NCBI RefSeq assembly: GCF_001194135.2
Contig: NC_069001.1
Location: forward strand, 31,670,206-31,730,631
DNA: 60,426 bases
From: Octopus bimaculoides
Taxonomy: Eukaryota
Direction: 5' to 3'
Positions 12,531-25,672 of this stretch are shown in pieces. Position numbers and translations under genes: made by a program. Position 1 is the stretch's first letter. Each line of letters opens with the position of its first letter. Under the pieces are notes generated by a model. The model saw only the letters and a list, made by a program, of their open reading frames with translations, made no database searches and was not told the DNA's origin.

Positions 12531-13533
12531 AGTCCTTCTTTATTTCAGGCAGTAAAATGTGATTTCATGGAGATTTGGTTGTTATTTCAAGCAAATCAAG
12601 TGACAGTGGAGAGACTGCCTAAGTAGATGGAAAATGATCAAAATTAATTCTGACTACGCCTTCTTGTCCCCAAACTACCCTACAGTGCCTCGATCATCTA
12701 ATAACTTTCAGCCTTTGACCATTTGAACGGAGGGATTAAGCAAGTGAAACCACACACTGTTAAGTGAGAACATCTACGTGAGTGACAGCATCCACTTAAG
12801 TAACAGCATCCACTTAAGTGATAGGACCACTTTACTCAGACTCATTGTTGTTGTTGCTTAACTGAGGGTCACCTCCAATCAAACAGACCTATGTAGACAA
12901 CCTCAGTCCTCCCCACTGACACACCCTTAGCATTAGTGATGCGACCCCTGCAAAAGATGCTCTTACGCTTGGCAAAATGAACAGGAGTCCCAATGCTCCA
13001 GCCAGTCGGCTTCTCTACTTGGGAATGAATTCAATAACACTATCTCTGTGAGGAACTGTTCTCAAGGCTTAGCAAGAGCATACGGCTGTCCCCTACTGTG
13101 CCTACTGTAGCTGCAGCACTCTTCTCTTTCTGCTTATTCTCATTATCTAAGGTGACCAACACTTTTTTTTAAAATAATGGGGTATACTGTAAGGGACATA
13201 TGACTACTATTCCTAGCAGATCAAGTGACTATGTTTCCTCATCATCTCATCATAGTCTTTGTGAAAGAAAGGAAAAAAAAAAAAAAATCAAAGATGACTT
13301 ATTTCTTTCTCCATCATTAAACAGACAGACAGTAATATGTTAATCTAACCCCTACAGAACTGATTAAATCTGGGTCCCTGGTGCTAGACTAATTCTCAAC
13401 ACAACACAGACATTTTACGTGTACTACACAAAACATACATACATTCATATTACTTTGCTTAACTCATTTTGGAATTCATGACCAAATTTTTCATCATCAT
13501 CATCATCATCATTAATATTATATAATCAATCAC

Positions 13534-13566
<33 letters not shown>

Positions 13567-13660
13567 GTTCTCCTACTTTCTGTTTTTACTATTATTATCT
13601 TTCCAGTTTCATGACATTCCAAAATCCAATTTATTCGCAAGAACAGATAAAGTTTCAAAA

Positions 13661-13709
<49 letters not shown>

Positions 13710-14560
13710 CAAAAATTTTCAGAAAAAAAAAATAAAATAAGAGCAACTCTGAGGTTTAGTTAAAAGTGAATTTTCTTCCTTTCATTTTTTNNNNNNNNNN
13801 NNNNNNNNNNNNNNNNNNNNNNNNNNNNNNNNNNNNNNNNNNNNNNNNNNNNNNNNNNNNNNNNNNNNNNNNNNNNNNNNNNNNNNNNNNNNNNNNNNNN
13901 NNNNNNNNNNNNNNNNNNNNNNNNNNNNNNNNNNNNNNNNNNNNNNNNNNNNNNNNNNNNNNNNNNNNNNNNNNNNNNNNNNNNNNNNNNNNNNNNNNNN
14001 NNNNNNNNNNNNNNNNNNNNNNNNNNNNNNNNNNNNNNNNNNNNNNNNNNNNNNNNNNNNNNNNNNNNNNNNNNNNNNNNNNNNNNNNNNNNNNNNNNNN
14101 NNNNNNNNNNNNNNNNNNNNNNNNNNNNNNNNNNNNNNNNNNNNNNNNNNNNNNNNNNNNNNNNNNNNNNNNNNNNNNNNNNNNNNNNNNNNNNNNNNNN
14201 NNNNNNNNNNNNNNNNNNNNNNNNNNNNNNNNNNNNNNNNNNNNNNNNNNNNNNNNNNNNNNNNNNNNNNNNNNNNNNNNNNNNNNNNNNNNNNNNNNNN
14301 NNNNNNNNNNNNNNNNNNNNNNNNNNNNNNNNNNNNNNNNNNNNNNNNNNNNNNNNNNNNNNNNNNNNNNNNNNNNNNNNNNNNNNNNNNNNNNNNNNNN
14401 NNNNNNNNNNNNNNNNNNNNNNNNNNNNNNNNNNNNNNNNNNNNNNNNNNNNNNNNNTATATATATGTATAAATGTATACACATACACATATCTGTGTGT
14501 ATATATATATATATATGTATATATATTTATTTCTATATATATATATATATACACATATAC

Positions 14561-14646
<86 letters not shown>

Positions 14647-14951
14647 TATACATACATACAGATCTGATCTGACTGAAGAAATTTAGAATTTAAATCTTTT
14701 CCTTCTCCCTCCTCTCTCACTCTCTCATTCCTCTCACACCACTACCTGAGAGAGAGATAGTGTGAGTGAGAGAGAGACAGAGGGTGTATGAGAGACAGAG
14801 ACAAAGAAAGGGAGAAGGACGGATAGTGTGTATATATGCAAGAGAGAGAGAGAGAGAGAGAGAGAAAACCAAACAGAGAGAGAGGGGGGAGTGAGGGAGA
14901 CAGAGGCATTGGCATTGTTTGTATGTGTGTGAGACAGAGACAGAGACAGCA

Positions 14952-14982
<31 letters not shown>

Positions 14983-15419
14983 CAGACAGAGAGAGAGAGA
15001 GACAGAGAGAGACAAAGAAAGAGTGTGTATGTGAGACAAACACAGAATGTGTGCGAGAGAGACTGCATATGCAAGAGGAGAGAGAGAGAGAGACAAAGAA
15101 TGTGTGCGTGTGTGTGTGTGTGCATGTGGAGAAGTAGAGACCAGGGGGGTGGGCTGAGATTATTTATCTCCTATAATCAAATTTTATGAGTGCTGATTTT
15201 AATGTCAGTTAAATACGAAATGAATACATATCAGGCAAACATCTAGACAAGAAACACAAGAGACCGGTGATAACTTAGGAGATACCAAATGCAATAAGCA
15301 TACGGTGGAACAGCTCTAACTCTTAAACACAACTCATTTCTTCTCTTTCTTACCATCTTCCTTTGTTATTTTGTTCACTTAGACAAGCTGTGCATTTAGC
15401 TTACACAGCAAAATATTTA

Positions 15420-15435
15420 GTATTATTATTATTAT

Positions 15436-15491
<56 letters not shown>

Positions 15492-15530
15492 TTGTTATTA
15501 TCATTATCATTATCATTATTATTGTTATTT
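15420..15530. repeat. Compound trinucleotide microsatellite (ATT/ACT/ATC); others at ~8955-9002, 9118-9168, 13660-13707, 16840-16990, 29035-29290, 45143-45187
   Basis: Direct inspection. Confidence 0.95.
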
Positions 15531-17823
15531 TCAATGCACCACAGACATAAGAACAGGAGAAATTGTTCAAGTTCACTTCTTGTGAAATGGATGAGTGGAT
15601 AGAGTTTCAGAATACTTGTCTGTGTGTTCAGAGTTCAAGTAAACTCCACTGCTTGTATTTGAGGAGTTTAGTAACAGAGTGTCGTAAGCGCCGTCCCCGC
15701 CGGCCGTTTTCGAGGTTAGTATATCATTTTCTTTGTCTCGACGTCTAGAATTTTTAAAAAATTGCAAAGAAGAACCGATGTTTGTCTGATATTTATTCAT
15801 TTCGTATTTAGGGTCGAAAATCTGGCTGAAAAATATTGGACCTCGACGCTATTAACATGATGCTCACTAACCCAAACTCAGATCAAAGAGTTTAGTAACA
15901 GACCATCGTATGCACACGCACTCAATCAATAACTCTGGTGTGGTCCCTGTATCGTTTTACGAGGTGTTACGGCTCGTTTTTTAATATTCCTCGTTACCAT
16001 CATAATGATAATGGGTATTATCTTACTACCTTGTCTTCATTACCGCTTAAAAATATATTCACCTTGGTATATTAAAACATAAACAATACCTTTGTGGGGT
16101 CTCTGTATGTTTTTTCTAAGTATTACGGCTAAAATATGCAATGTGATATATTGTTTCATAGAACTGATATATCCTACAAAATGAGAAAGACGCAGCCATT
16201 GTTCCGTCTTTCATATGCATACATAAATACATAATTTTACATAGGTGAAATGATTCAGTTTCCATCTACCAAATCTACCCACAAAGCCTTGGTTGACCTG
16301 GGGTTGACCCAGAGCTATAGTAGAAACCACTTTGCCCAAAGTGCCTAGTGATAAGAACTGAGTGTAACTTATCTACAGAAGCAATGTTGTCACTTTGAAA
16401 ACTATATATTTCGGACGGGAATATGGCAGCGCCACCTCTAGCCGAACAATAATTCTGAGCTGATGAAAAGAAATAACCAAGAAATCGCGATACACAGATA
16501 TAGTTTAGAGCTGAGTGGGGGTGCTAGATTCCCTTGTTCGAAAATATAAGGACACAGATCGTGTTGTATAGCCAGCTGGAGATGATGTCTCCTGAGGCTA
16601 AATTACAGCAACATTAGTCCTAAACCAGGACTGGCATGTTATGTTGGCAAACAATCTTTACTACAATGTACTGTTGCTGAATATCTCACGTTGTGAGATT
16701 TAAAAATAGTAATTTTCTAAGAAGCAATGTCAATAAATAAAATCCTAGAAACAATGGCTAAAGTCTACAAAAGCAACAACAACATTGATACAAAGTGTTG
16801 TCATTTTCTCACTAGCTACTTTCCTTAATGACAAAGAAAACACAGACAAAGATGATGATGATGGTGATGTTGATGAAGACAAAGAAAAGGATGATGATGA
16901 GGGTACTGACAATGGTGATGATGAAGAGAATGATAAAGAAGACAAAGAGGATGATGATATGATGATGATGACAGTGAAAATGATGATAGCATATTATGTC
17001 ATCACAGTGAATCAGTGAGATATTGCAATTAATTTGGACAAAATTGGTCATTCATATACAAAACAAATCTTTCATTGTTTAATTTACTGTGAGAAGAATA
17101 ATTATCGTTATAACTATTATTCACAAGATCGTTAGAACATTGTAAAAAAACCAAGCATCCTGCTACAGGTTTCATATTATCCTGAGTTCAAATCCTACCA
17201 GGGTGCCACGCAGTGGGAATGAACCCGGAACCATGTGGTTGGTACGCAAGCTACTTACTACACAGCCACTACGGATGATGATTAATTTACCGTTAATAAT
17301 AAACAATTATTAACTTCCCAATCTCCATTTTCTTTCTCTTCTTTTATATAAATATAAATTATATGTTTATATACATACATATAACTATTATTTTAAAGAA
17401 ATTCATTCCCCCAAAATACTAGGTATTGAACCAGTATTTCCTTGGATGAAACTATTCCTTCATGAGGTTAACACAACCTCTAATCGAAAGTATATANNNN
17501 NNNNNNNNNNNNNNNNNNNNNNNNNNNNNNNNNNNNNNNNNNNNNNNNNNNNNNNNNNNNNNNNNNNNNNNNNNNNNNNNNNNNNNNNNNNNNNNNNNNN
17601 NNNNNNNNNNNNNNNNNNNNNNNNNNNNNNNNNNNNNNNNNNNNNNNNNNNNNNNNNNNNNNNNNNNNNNNNNNNNNNNCAACGATGCACACGCGATCAC
17701 ATATTGGAATGACCGGAAGGGAAAGGGAGGAGAAAAAGTTATTTTCAAAGACAAGAGAGTGCAAGAGAAGGAGGTATGTGTGTGTGTGTGTGTGTAATAG
17801 CACATGTGTGTGTGTAACGATAG

Positions 17824-17870
<47 letters not shown>

Positions 17871-18815
17871 GTGTGTGTAGTTGTGGCTGTTTATGTATGT
17901 GTGTGGTTGGACATAATATCGTTAAGGTCATAGGAAGAATTTATAGTAAGAATTTGGTAGGAGCGGCTGCCTACAAGTGTGAGACTAAACATGTACTAAT
18001 ACACATATGTATGCATATATAACCCAAAGGTTACAAATGAATTTTGGGAAACTTGTCAAATTTTGGGAATCTTGTGAAGGAAATTCTCACATTTTGCATA
18101 TTATCTACAGCACCAGTAAGATGCTACAACATTTTCATTAATAAGTCTCACTCTCTCGCTACCTTTACACCAGAGCCACTAAGCAACAAAACACACCAAA
18201 AACCATAGCTTTTGCAAAGTTACCACCATTAGTTTCAGCACCGATACTACCATAACCATCACCATAAAATATAATGCAGACACCTCCATCTTTACACCAC
18301 CGTAAGCAAAAGACGTTAGAAAAAAATAGTAATAAGAATTAGGAGAAAAATTAAATAAAAATGTAAGGAAAAAAGTAAAGACAAAAATAAAACCAAAGTG
18401 ATCACCAATAGCTTCTGCATTCAGAAATAAAAAAAACAGTAAAGAAATAAACGAAAATGCATGTAAAAACAGGAATTAAACCCAAAACTGACAGCAAAAT
18501 AACATTGAAATACAAAAGCAACAACAATTTCTGTGGAAACAACATCTCAGATCAGGCAAAATTATTATACATATATTTGTTGTTATTATTATTATTATGA
18601 AATTCAAAAAGCTGTGTTTTGTTGGCTTTGTTCTTTTTTTAACACAGATTTTTTTTTTTTTTTTCCATTTTATTAATTTTAATATTAGTAATAATAACTT
18701 TGAATTAAAAAGAAATGTTATGAAAGATACTGCATGTATATATATTGAGGCAACAAAATACAATAAAATGCCTCGCTACCATTTTCCTTCCTTACCTGCC
18801 ACCACACCCCCTGTT

Positions 18816-18854
<39 letters not shown>

Positions 18855-19764
18855 AAGTGTTTATAAGTGTGTTTGTGTGTGTATGAAAGAGTGTATCTGT
18901 GTGAAAGTGTGTGTGAGTGTGAACATGTGTGTGTGTGTGTGTGAGTGTGAACGTGTGTTTGTGTGAAAGGGTGTATGTGTGAAAATGTGTGTGTGTGTGT
19001 GCAAAGCATGGCATATGGCTACAAGAGTACATATGCAATGTCTTATGCATGCGTGCGCACACACACACACACACACAAACACACACATGTGCGTGTGTGC
19101 ACCTTGTAGCTGAGCCTTAATTGTTTTCCAAGTAAAAGATCTCTTCTTCCACACTTTGAAGACACAAAGCCAGTGGATGGATGGATGGATGGACGGTTTG
19201 TTGACAGGTGAAAAATGACAACACCATCACCACTTGCAGCTAAGGAATATAAACAAACACACAAAGGAACATACCTACAGGTGCATGTGTTGCTATGTAT
19301 ATGTGTGTGTGTGTGTATATGCATATGTATGTGTATGTGTATGTTTATAAATACATACATACGTAAAAGTCAAATGATGAGAATGAGTGCTCAACACTGC
19401 ATCGGTGGATAGAATTTCTTTATTTGTGTATTAAGGCTAACAGTGGTTTCATGATTCAGTAAGATATCTTAATATATAAGCAGTGGTTAGGGTTGTTGCA
19501 CTCATGAATGCAAGATCGTGGTTTCAGTTCCTGGACTGGGTGGTGCATTGTTTTCTTGCGCAAAACACTTCCTCTCACGTTGCTCGGCAGGTACACTATA
19601 CACCTGCTCAGGTAATGTAGATTTGATGGAGTGGGTGAGTCAATATAAACCACATACATTTGACCATTATCAACAAATCATTTGCACAAGTTGTTCAGGA
19701 AGAAACTGCAGACACGTCTTCCTTGGACTACAAGGGACTATGACCATAAGTGTATTTATATTTC

Positions 19765-20112
19765 TCTTTTACTTGCTTCAGTCATTAGACTACGACCATA
19801 CTGGGGCAGATCCTTGAAGAATTGTAGTCAAACAAGTGATCTCAGTGCTTGTTTTTTTTTTCTTTTGTTTAATTCTGATATTTATTCCATCAGTCTCTCT
19901 TGCCAAACCACTAACGTTACAGGAATGTAAACACACCAACACTGGTTATCAAGCAGTAAGGTGAGAGGGGAGAGACAAACATAGACAAAAAAAAAACTTG
20001 CAAGGCTTTGGCTGACCCAAGGCAAAAATATAAGACACTTACCCAAGGTGCCATACAGCAGAACTGAACCCAGAACCATGTGGTTGGGAAGCAAGCTTCT
20101 TACAACACAGTC
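19765..20112 (-). mobile_element. SINE family E (a second head fragment follows at ~20185-20328)
   Basis: Same tail, body and head blocks. Confidence 0.75.
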
Positions 20113-20863
20113 ATGTATACACATGTGCATATGTGCGTGTGTGAATATATATCTATATGTGTGTATGTATATCAACATGTATTTCAGTTTCTGTCAACTA
20201 CATGCACTCACAAGCATTTTGGTTAAGCCAGGGCTGTAGTAGATGACCCTTGCTCAAGGTAACATCCTAAAGGACTGAACTTGAAATCACATGGTTGTGG
20301 AAAGCAAGTTACTTAACCACACAGCCACTGTAGGGTAAAAGCTGGCTGTTATTTCAAGCAAGTCAAGGAACCATTGAGAAAATGGCTCCGGCTGTTGGCT
20401 CGCCAGTGGTTAATACCCGGTGCCGATGATAAGTTTCAAGATGACAGTCAAGAGGGAATTGAAATAGAAACACAAATTTAATGGAAGAGAGATTGGGCAA
20501 ATATCCAGAATGAGGTCAAGGAGCTGATGGAAAGGGTAAGAGATGATAAACCATGTGAGTTTAGACATATCTATATTCCCAAAACCTCCATTGGCCCACT
20601 CCTCCTCTTCTTCCTCCTCCTCCTCCTCCATCTCCCACTTTCAGGGTAGTGGGGTGGGGTGGCAGGAAGGAGGAGGGAGAGGTGGGAGGGGCAACGTAGG
20701 GCTGGGTTAAAATATACACAAATAACAATATAAGTAACATGTGTACTCATTTTGGTGCAATATTTAAAGATATATATATTTGCATTACACATACATATAC
20801 AAAATATATATCCAATATATTCACACAAATGCAGTATATATATATACATACATATATATATAT

Positions 20864-20935
<72 letters not shown>

Positions 20936-21017
20936 TCATTCACTCTCTCTATCTATCTATCTATCTATCTATCTATATATCTATCTATCTATAATAGCAT
21001 ATAGTTATGTGTACATT

Positions 21018-21062
<45 letters not shown>

Positions 21063-21263
21063 GTATGTATGTATGTATGTTAGTATGTATGTCTGTATGT
21101 ATGTATGTATGATGTATACATGTGTATATATATGTGTGTGTATATGTATGTGTGTATATGTATGTGAGTATATGTATGTGTGTATATGTGTGCGTGTGTG
21201 TGTGAATGCAGTATAAACTATATAAATATATTTGCAGAAGGAAGCCATGCCAGTACATCTCAC

Positions 21264-21269
21264 CATTAT
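21264..21269 (-). CDS. Weak candidate 6-nt microexon ATAATG (phase 1 to 1)
   Basis: aattttttcgag|ATAATG|gtgaga downstream of long T-rich tracts. Confidence 0.18.
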
Positions 21270-21321
21270 CTCGAAAAAATTATAATTTAACAAGAAAGAA
21301 TTTTTTCAAGCCATGTCAAAA

Positions 21322-21355
<34 letters not shown>

Positions 21356-21578
21356 CCCACCAAACTAAGCATCTCTTAAGAGAACGGTTAATAACATGAC
21401 ACCCTGCTAAATAATTAATACCCAGGTAGGACATCAACAAGAAAACAAAAAAAAGAACACAGATAATATTATCAAGTCAATGCATTAATAATTATGAAGC
21501 AAGGGAGATGTCAATGTTTATGGCTTCAATCATTGATCAAGAGAGAAGGGAGAGAAAAGAATACAAGGAGAATAGGAG

Positions 21579-21648
<70 letters not shown>

Positions 21649-21700
21649 TTCACAAAAAGGTATTCATTTACTTGGTTAAGTTCTTCTCTCTACATATAGT

Positions 21701-22043
21701 AAAGGCACATGGCTCAATGGTTAGAGCATCAGGCTCACAATCATGAGGTAGTGAGTTTGATTCCTGGATCAGGCTGTGTGTTGTGTGCTTAAGCAAGACA
21801 CTTTATTTCGCGATGCTCCAGTTCACTCAGTTGTGGAAATGAGTTGTGATGTCACTGGTGCCAAGCTGTATCATGGCCTTTGCCTTTCCCTTGGATAATA
21901 TCGGTGGCATGAAGAGGAGAGGTTGGTATGCATGGGTGACTTCTGGTCTTCCATAAGCAGCCTTGCCTGGATTTGTGCCTGGGAGGGCAACTTTCTAGGT
22001 GCAATGCCATGGTCATTCATGACTAAAGGGGGTCTTTACCCTC
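21701..22043 (+). mobile_element. tRNA-headed SINE family A, full length
   Basis: A-box TGGCTCAATGG and B-box GTTTGATTCC, then body gctccagttcactcag...gtgccaagctgtat...gggggtctttaccct shared with other copies. Confidence 0.85.
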
Positions 22044-22824
22044 ACATATGTGTGTGTGGGTGAGTCTCCTTGTCTCGTTATCTCATGCAATATAAATGAA
22101 TGACAGCAACATACAAGCAGTGTTGTCCACTTCCAAATGTCCATGTAAACGTGTCCAGTCATGGAAGAAAATATTACACTGTTTGAGGAGAGTTGGTGAT
22201 AGGAAGGTCACCTGGCCATATTAAATTTGCCTTAATGAGTTCCATCCAGCTCATGAAAACATGGGGATAGTGAAAGTTAAACGATCACCATCATCATCAT
22301 CATCATCATACCACCTTGCCCACACACAATTCATTACACTCACACACAGATCCACCCACCCTATACACATCCACACACACACAAACTTACCTTATGCATA
22401 CACGTGTTCCAACACACCACACCATCTCTCCACATTCTCTCGTCTTACTTAGTTCCCTAACTTTTAACTCGTTGCTCATCTAAAAAAAACTTCTTCATTC
22501 CACTATTTCCTGTTTACCATTACAGCATGGTAAAACTCGCAAACAAAAAGACATCTTTTGTTTCTTCCATTAATTCTGTTTTATCCTTTTATTTTAGTTT
22601 TCCTTTTATTTGTTTCACCTTCTCCCTCCTCCTTTTTTTGACAAAGAGCCACAGCCAGAAATATCGAATTAGATTTCTTCCTCTTCCTCCACAGCATTTA
22701 ATGCATTGATTGACTTTACACTTTGTCTTATCGACATTTCAAACTTTTTCTTGTTGTTTTCATTTTCATATTTTATTAATTTTTTTTAAATTTTGTTTTG
22801 GCTTTTTGTGGAGATATTTATGTC

Positions 22825-23249
22825 TTTTTTTTTTTTTTGTTTTTTGCTAATGTCCAACCTAGATATCATTAATTAATTGCCAGGATACCATCTTACCAAC
22901 TTAATGCAGACTTAACCCGGATTACCCCTGGACTTTTCAATGGCATCACTGAAAACCATTGTGATCAGTTTTAATAACCAAAAATTCCTATAAATAATAA
23001 TTATGTGACATAACAGCCTATATTTTTTTTCNNNNNNNNNNTTTTTTTTTTTTTTTGTTTTTTGCTAATGTCCAACCTAGATATCATTAATTAATTGCCA
23101 GGATACCATCTTACCAACTTAATGCAGACTTAACCCGGATTACCCCTGGACTTTTCAATGGCATCACTGAAAACCATTGTGATCAGTTTTAATAACCAAA
23201 AATTCCTATAAATAATAATTATGTGACATAACAGCCTATATTTTTTTTC
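22825..23249. other. ~205-bp exact direct duplication across a 10-N gap, probable unmerged contig overlap
   Basis: 22825-23031 is repeated at 23042-23249 with no visible differences. Confidence 0.85.
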
Positions 23250-23465
23250 TCACACCAGTATCTTCCATATCAAAAAAATCAAAACAAAAAAACATTGTTA
23301 AAAAAATTCAAAACATAAATATACAAATAAAACAATCAAGTAAAAACTAATTAGCAAAAACAAAAGAAAGAAAAGAAGGAAGACGAAGGCGTGGGAATCG
23401 GTAAGAATTGATTCCTATGAAGAATTCTGGCATCATTGATGTCCATTTTAATGTCTATTCTATAC

Positions 23466-23517
23466 CATTCCTCCCTCTGAGACTGATACAATGAGTGTGC
23501 AGAAGCCCATTCATCAT
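23466..23517 (-). CDS. Weak candidate exon (52 nt, phase 1 to 2): DDEWASAHSLYQSQREE(W)
   Basis: gtgtgtag|AT and ATG|gtatag, open in the phase needed after 24264. The pyrimidine tract is poor. Confidence 0.22.
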
Positions 23518-23779
23518 CTACACACTAATTATTGGTTCCAGTTCACAAAATCAGGTAGAATGGTTGGTGAGAACCCACATCATCTCTGGCAGTTATCTTC
23601 TCTTTTTTCATCTTTTGTGTCAGTCATTGGACTGCAGCTATGCTGAGGGCTCTACCTTAAAGGGTTTTAGTTAAACAAATCGACCCCTACCCCACCAGTA
23701 CTTTTTTGTTAAAAAAAAAGCTATATTTTCAATGCACTTGAGCATTGAGAATAGATTGCCTTACACCCAAAAAGCACAG

Positions 23780-24140
23780 CAGGGGACCAGTTAATTACAT
23801 AGGCCCCCCCCCCCCAGTATTTCACTGGTACTTAATTTATCAACCCTGAAAGGATGAAAGGCAAAGTCGACCTTGGCAGAATAGGAACTCAGAATGTAAA
23901 GACAGACAAAATGCCACAAAGCATTTTATCCAGTGTGATGATGATGATGATGATGATAATGATGGTTTCTGATTAAGGCACAAACACTAATAATGTTTGA
24001 AGGGTAGTAGGACTAGTTGACTGCACTGGCCCCAGTATCTGACTAGTGCTTTAAATTATCAACCCCGAAAGGACAAAAGCCAAAGTTGAACTCAGCAAGA
24101 TTTGAACTCAAAACATTAAGACTTAAAAGAAATATCGTAA
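23780..24140 (-). mobile_element. Two tandem SINE family D copies
   Basis: Reverse complements of the family D body, separated by (GAT)n. Confidence 0.75.
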
Positions 24141-24263
24141 GGGGTTCTATTTTATTTTTAACAGCAGCTTCTTTTACCTTCCTTCTTTCTTTCTTATTTA
24201 TTAATTCATTCACTTTAGTCATTAACCTGTGATTGATTCAGTGACGAAAGTGTTGCAACTTAC

Positions 24264-24396
24264 CAGGGTGGGCTACTCGACTCTGTTCCACCGCTATTTG
24301 TCCAGCAGAGTTAGGGTTACTTCGGTTCTCCAAGAGGTTCTCACGACTAGCAGCCAAGGAAGCTGGGGCACTGATTGGTTGATAAGGGTAAGGACA
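24264..24396 (-). CDS. Internal coding exon (133 nt, phase 0 to 1), same gene: CPYPYQPISAPASLAASRENLLENRSNPNSAGQIAVEQSRVAHP
   Basis: Acceptor ctctttctttctctgccag|TG and consensus donor CTG|gtaagt. Open in phase 0, matching the phase-0 end of the upstream exon. Confidence 0.8.
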
Positions 24397-24469
24397 CTGG
24401 CAGAGAAAGAAAGAGTCAAAGTAGTAAACTAACAACAACAATAAAAATAATAATCCCTTTCTACTATAG

Positions 24470-24935
24470 ACACAAGAATAATAATAGTCCTATTAGAAGT
24501 ACAAGGCCTGAAAGTGTGGGATGGAACGAATTGATAACATCCACATCAATAACTCAACTGAGGGATGAAAAGAATGAAAAACAAAGTCAACCTCGGCAGA
24601 ATTTGAACTCAACATGGAGGTAGATGAAATGCCACTGAGCATTTTGTTCCATGCACTAAACATTCTGCCAGCTCACCATCTTTGAAAAAAGAAATATCAC
24701 AAAGCATTTTGTTCAATGCTCTAATGCTTCTGCCAGCTTGCTAATAACAATAATAAATCTAATTTTGGAACAAGGCCAGCAATTTGAGAGGAGGGGCTCA
24801 AGTCAACTACATCAACCCCATTGCTTGAAGAGTACTTATTTCATTGTCCCTGGAAAGATAAAAGGCAAGGTCAGCCTTGGTGAAATTTTAATTCAGAACA
24901 AAAGGATGAATGAAATACCGCAAAGCATCTTGCGT
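24470..24935 (-). mobile_element. Two to three SINE family D copies or fragments
   Basis: Reverse complements of the family D body with AAT-repeat junctions. Confidence 0.7.
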
Positions 24936-24984
24936 TTCTGCCCGTTTGCTCCTCAGTGGATTTCTAATGTTTTAAAGAGTAAAG

Positions 24985-25320
24985 ACCCCCTTTAATCATG
25001 AATGACCATGGGATTGCATCTAGAAAGTTCCCCTCAAGAGCATAAGCCTGGGCAAAGTTGGTTATGGAAGACCAACAGTCAGATATGTATATCAACCTGC
25101 CCTTTTTATGCCATTGATGTTATTCAAGGGAAAGGCAAAGGGGCTGATATAGCTTGGCACCAGTGACATCACAACTCATTTCTACAGCTTAGTGAACTGG
25201 AGCAATGTGAAATAAAGTGTCTTGCTCAAGAACACAACACACAGCCCGGTCCAAGAATTGAACTCACTACCTCATGATTGTGAGCCTGATGCTCTAACCA
25301 CTGAGCCATGCACCTTCACA
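24985..25320 (-). mobile_element. SINE family A, full length
   Basis: Reverse complement of 21701-22043. Confidence 0.85.
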
Positions 25321-25490
25321 CTGAGCCGAATTGTTATTTTTCTTAGCACACATGTGATCTGTGTCATATGTGGTCATAATTTGTAGATTTATTTCTCCAG
25401 CTACTTATGTGCTTGCAATTCACTCCTTGTAGAGGCTCCCTCAACAGAAATTAGTAGATGAAAACTGAAAGAGATAAGTAAAATGCTTAC

Positions 25491-25672
25491 CGGATACACA
25501 ATTTGATGCATAGAGAGGTTTGGATTAACCCCCTGGTCCACTCTGTCCACAGGCTGGCAGACAGTATCACTGTAGGTGCCAGTTTTACCAGTTGGAGTGG
25601 TATATGTCAAAATAGAGCTGCTACTTGAGACAAAGTTATTAGTGGATGTCACTGGGGGGCTTCTGTAAGCAG
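25491..25672 (-). CDS. Internal coding exon (182 nt, phase 1 to 0) of an unidentified minus-strand gene: (x)AYRSPPVTSTNNFVSSSSSILTYTTPTGKTGTYSDTVCQPVDRVDQGVNPNLSMHQIVYP
   Basis: Acceptor ctcctcttcttcttttacag|CT with a long pyrimidine tract and donor CCG|gtaagc. Only one of three frames is open, the sequence is non-repetitive, and it joins in phase to exon 24264-24396. Confidence 0.75.

Noticed and set aside
15573-15744. Terminal exon RRDKENDILTSK..HPFHKK* of the minus gene
   Set aside because: Needs a phase-2 donor I could not find (TG|A would be a stop), and the frame crosses a TSD-like repeat. Kept only as an alternative in the findings.
16360-16461. Strong minus-strand acceptor (ttcttttcatcag) with an open frame, and a CTCF-like AGGTGGCGCTG
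   Set aside because: There is no good donor in the needed phase, and only the 3' half of the CTCF consensus matches.
16785-17018. Acidic D/E-rich ORF (DKDDDDGDVDEDKEK..)
   Set aside because: Degenerate (GAT)n tract that continues as MMMM, with no convincing splice sites.
21701-21780. tRNA gene (and similar A/B-box heads elsewhere)
   Set aside because: The head continues into SINE bodies shared by several copies, and there is no intact cloverleaf or terminator.
22825-23249. Biological tandem duplication
   Set aside because: The copies are identical and abut a 10-N placeholder gap, typical of an unmerged contig overlap.
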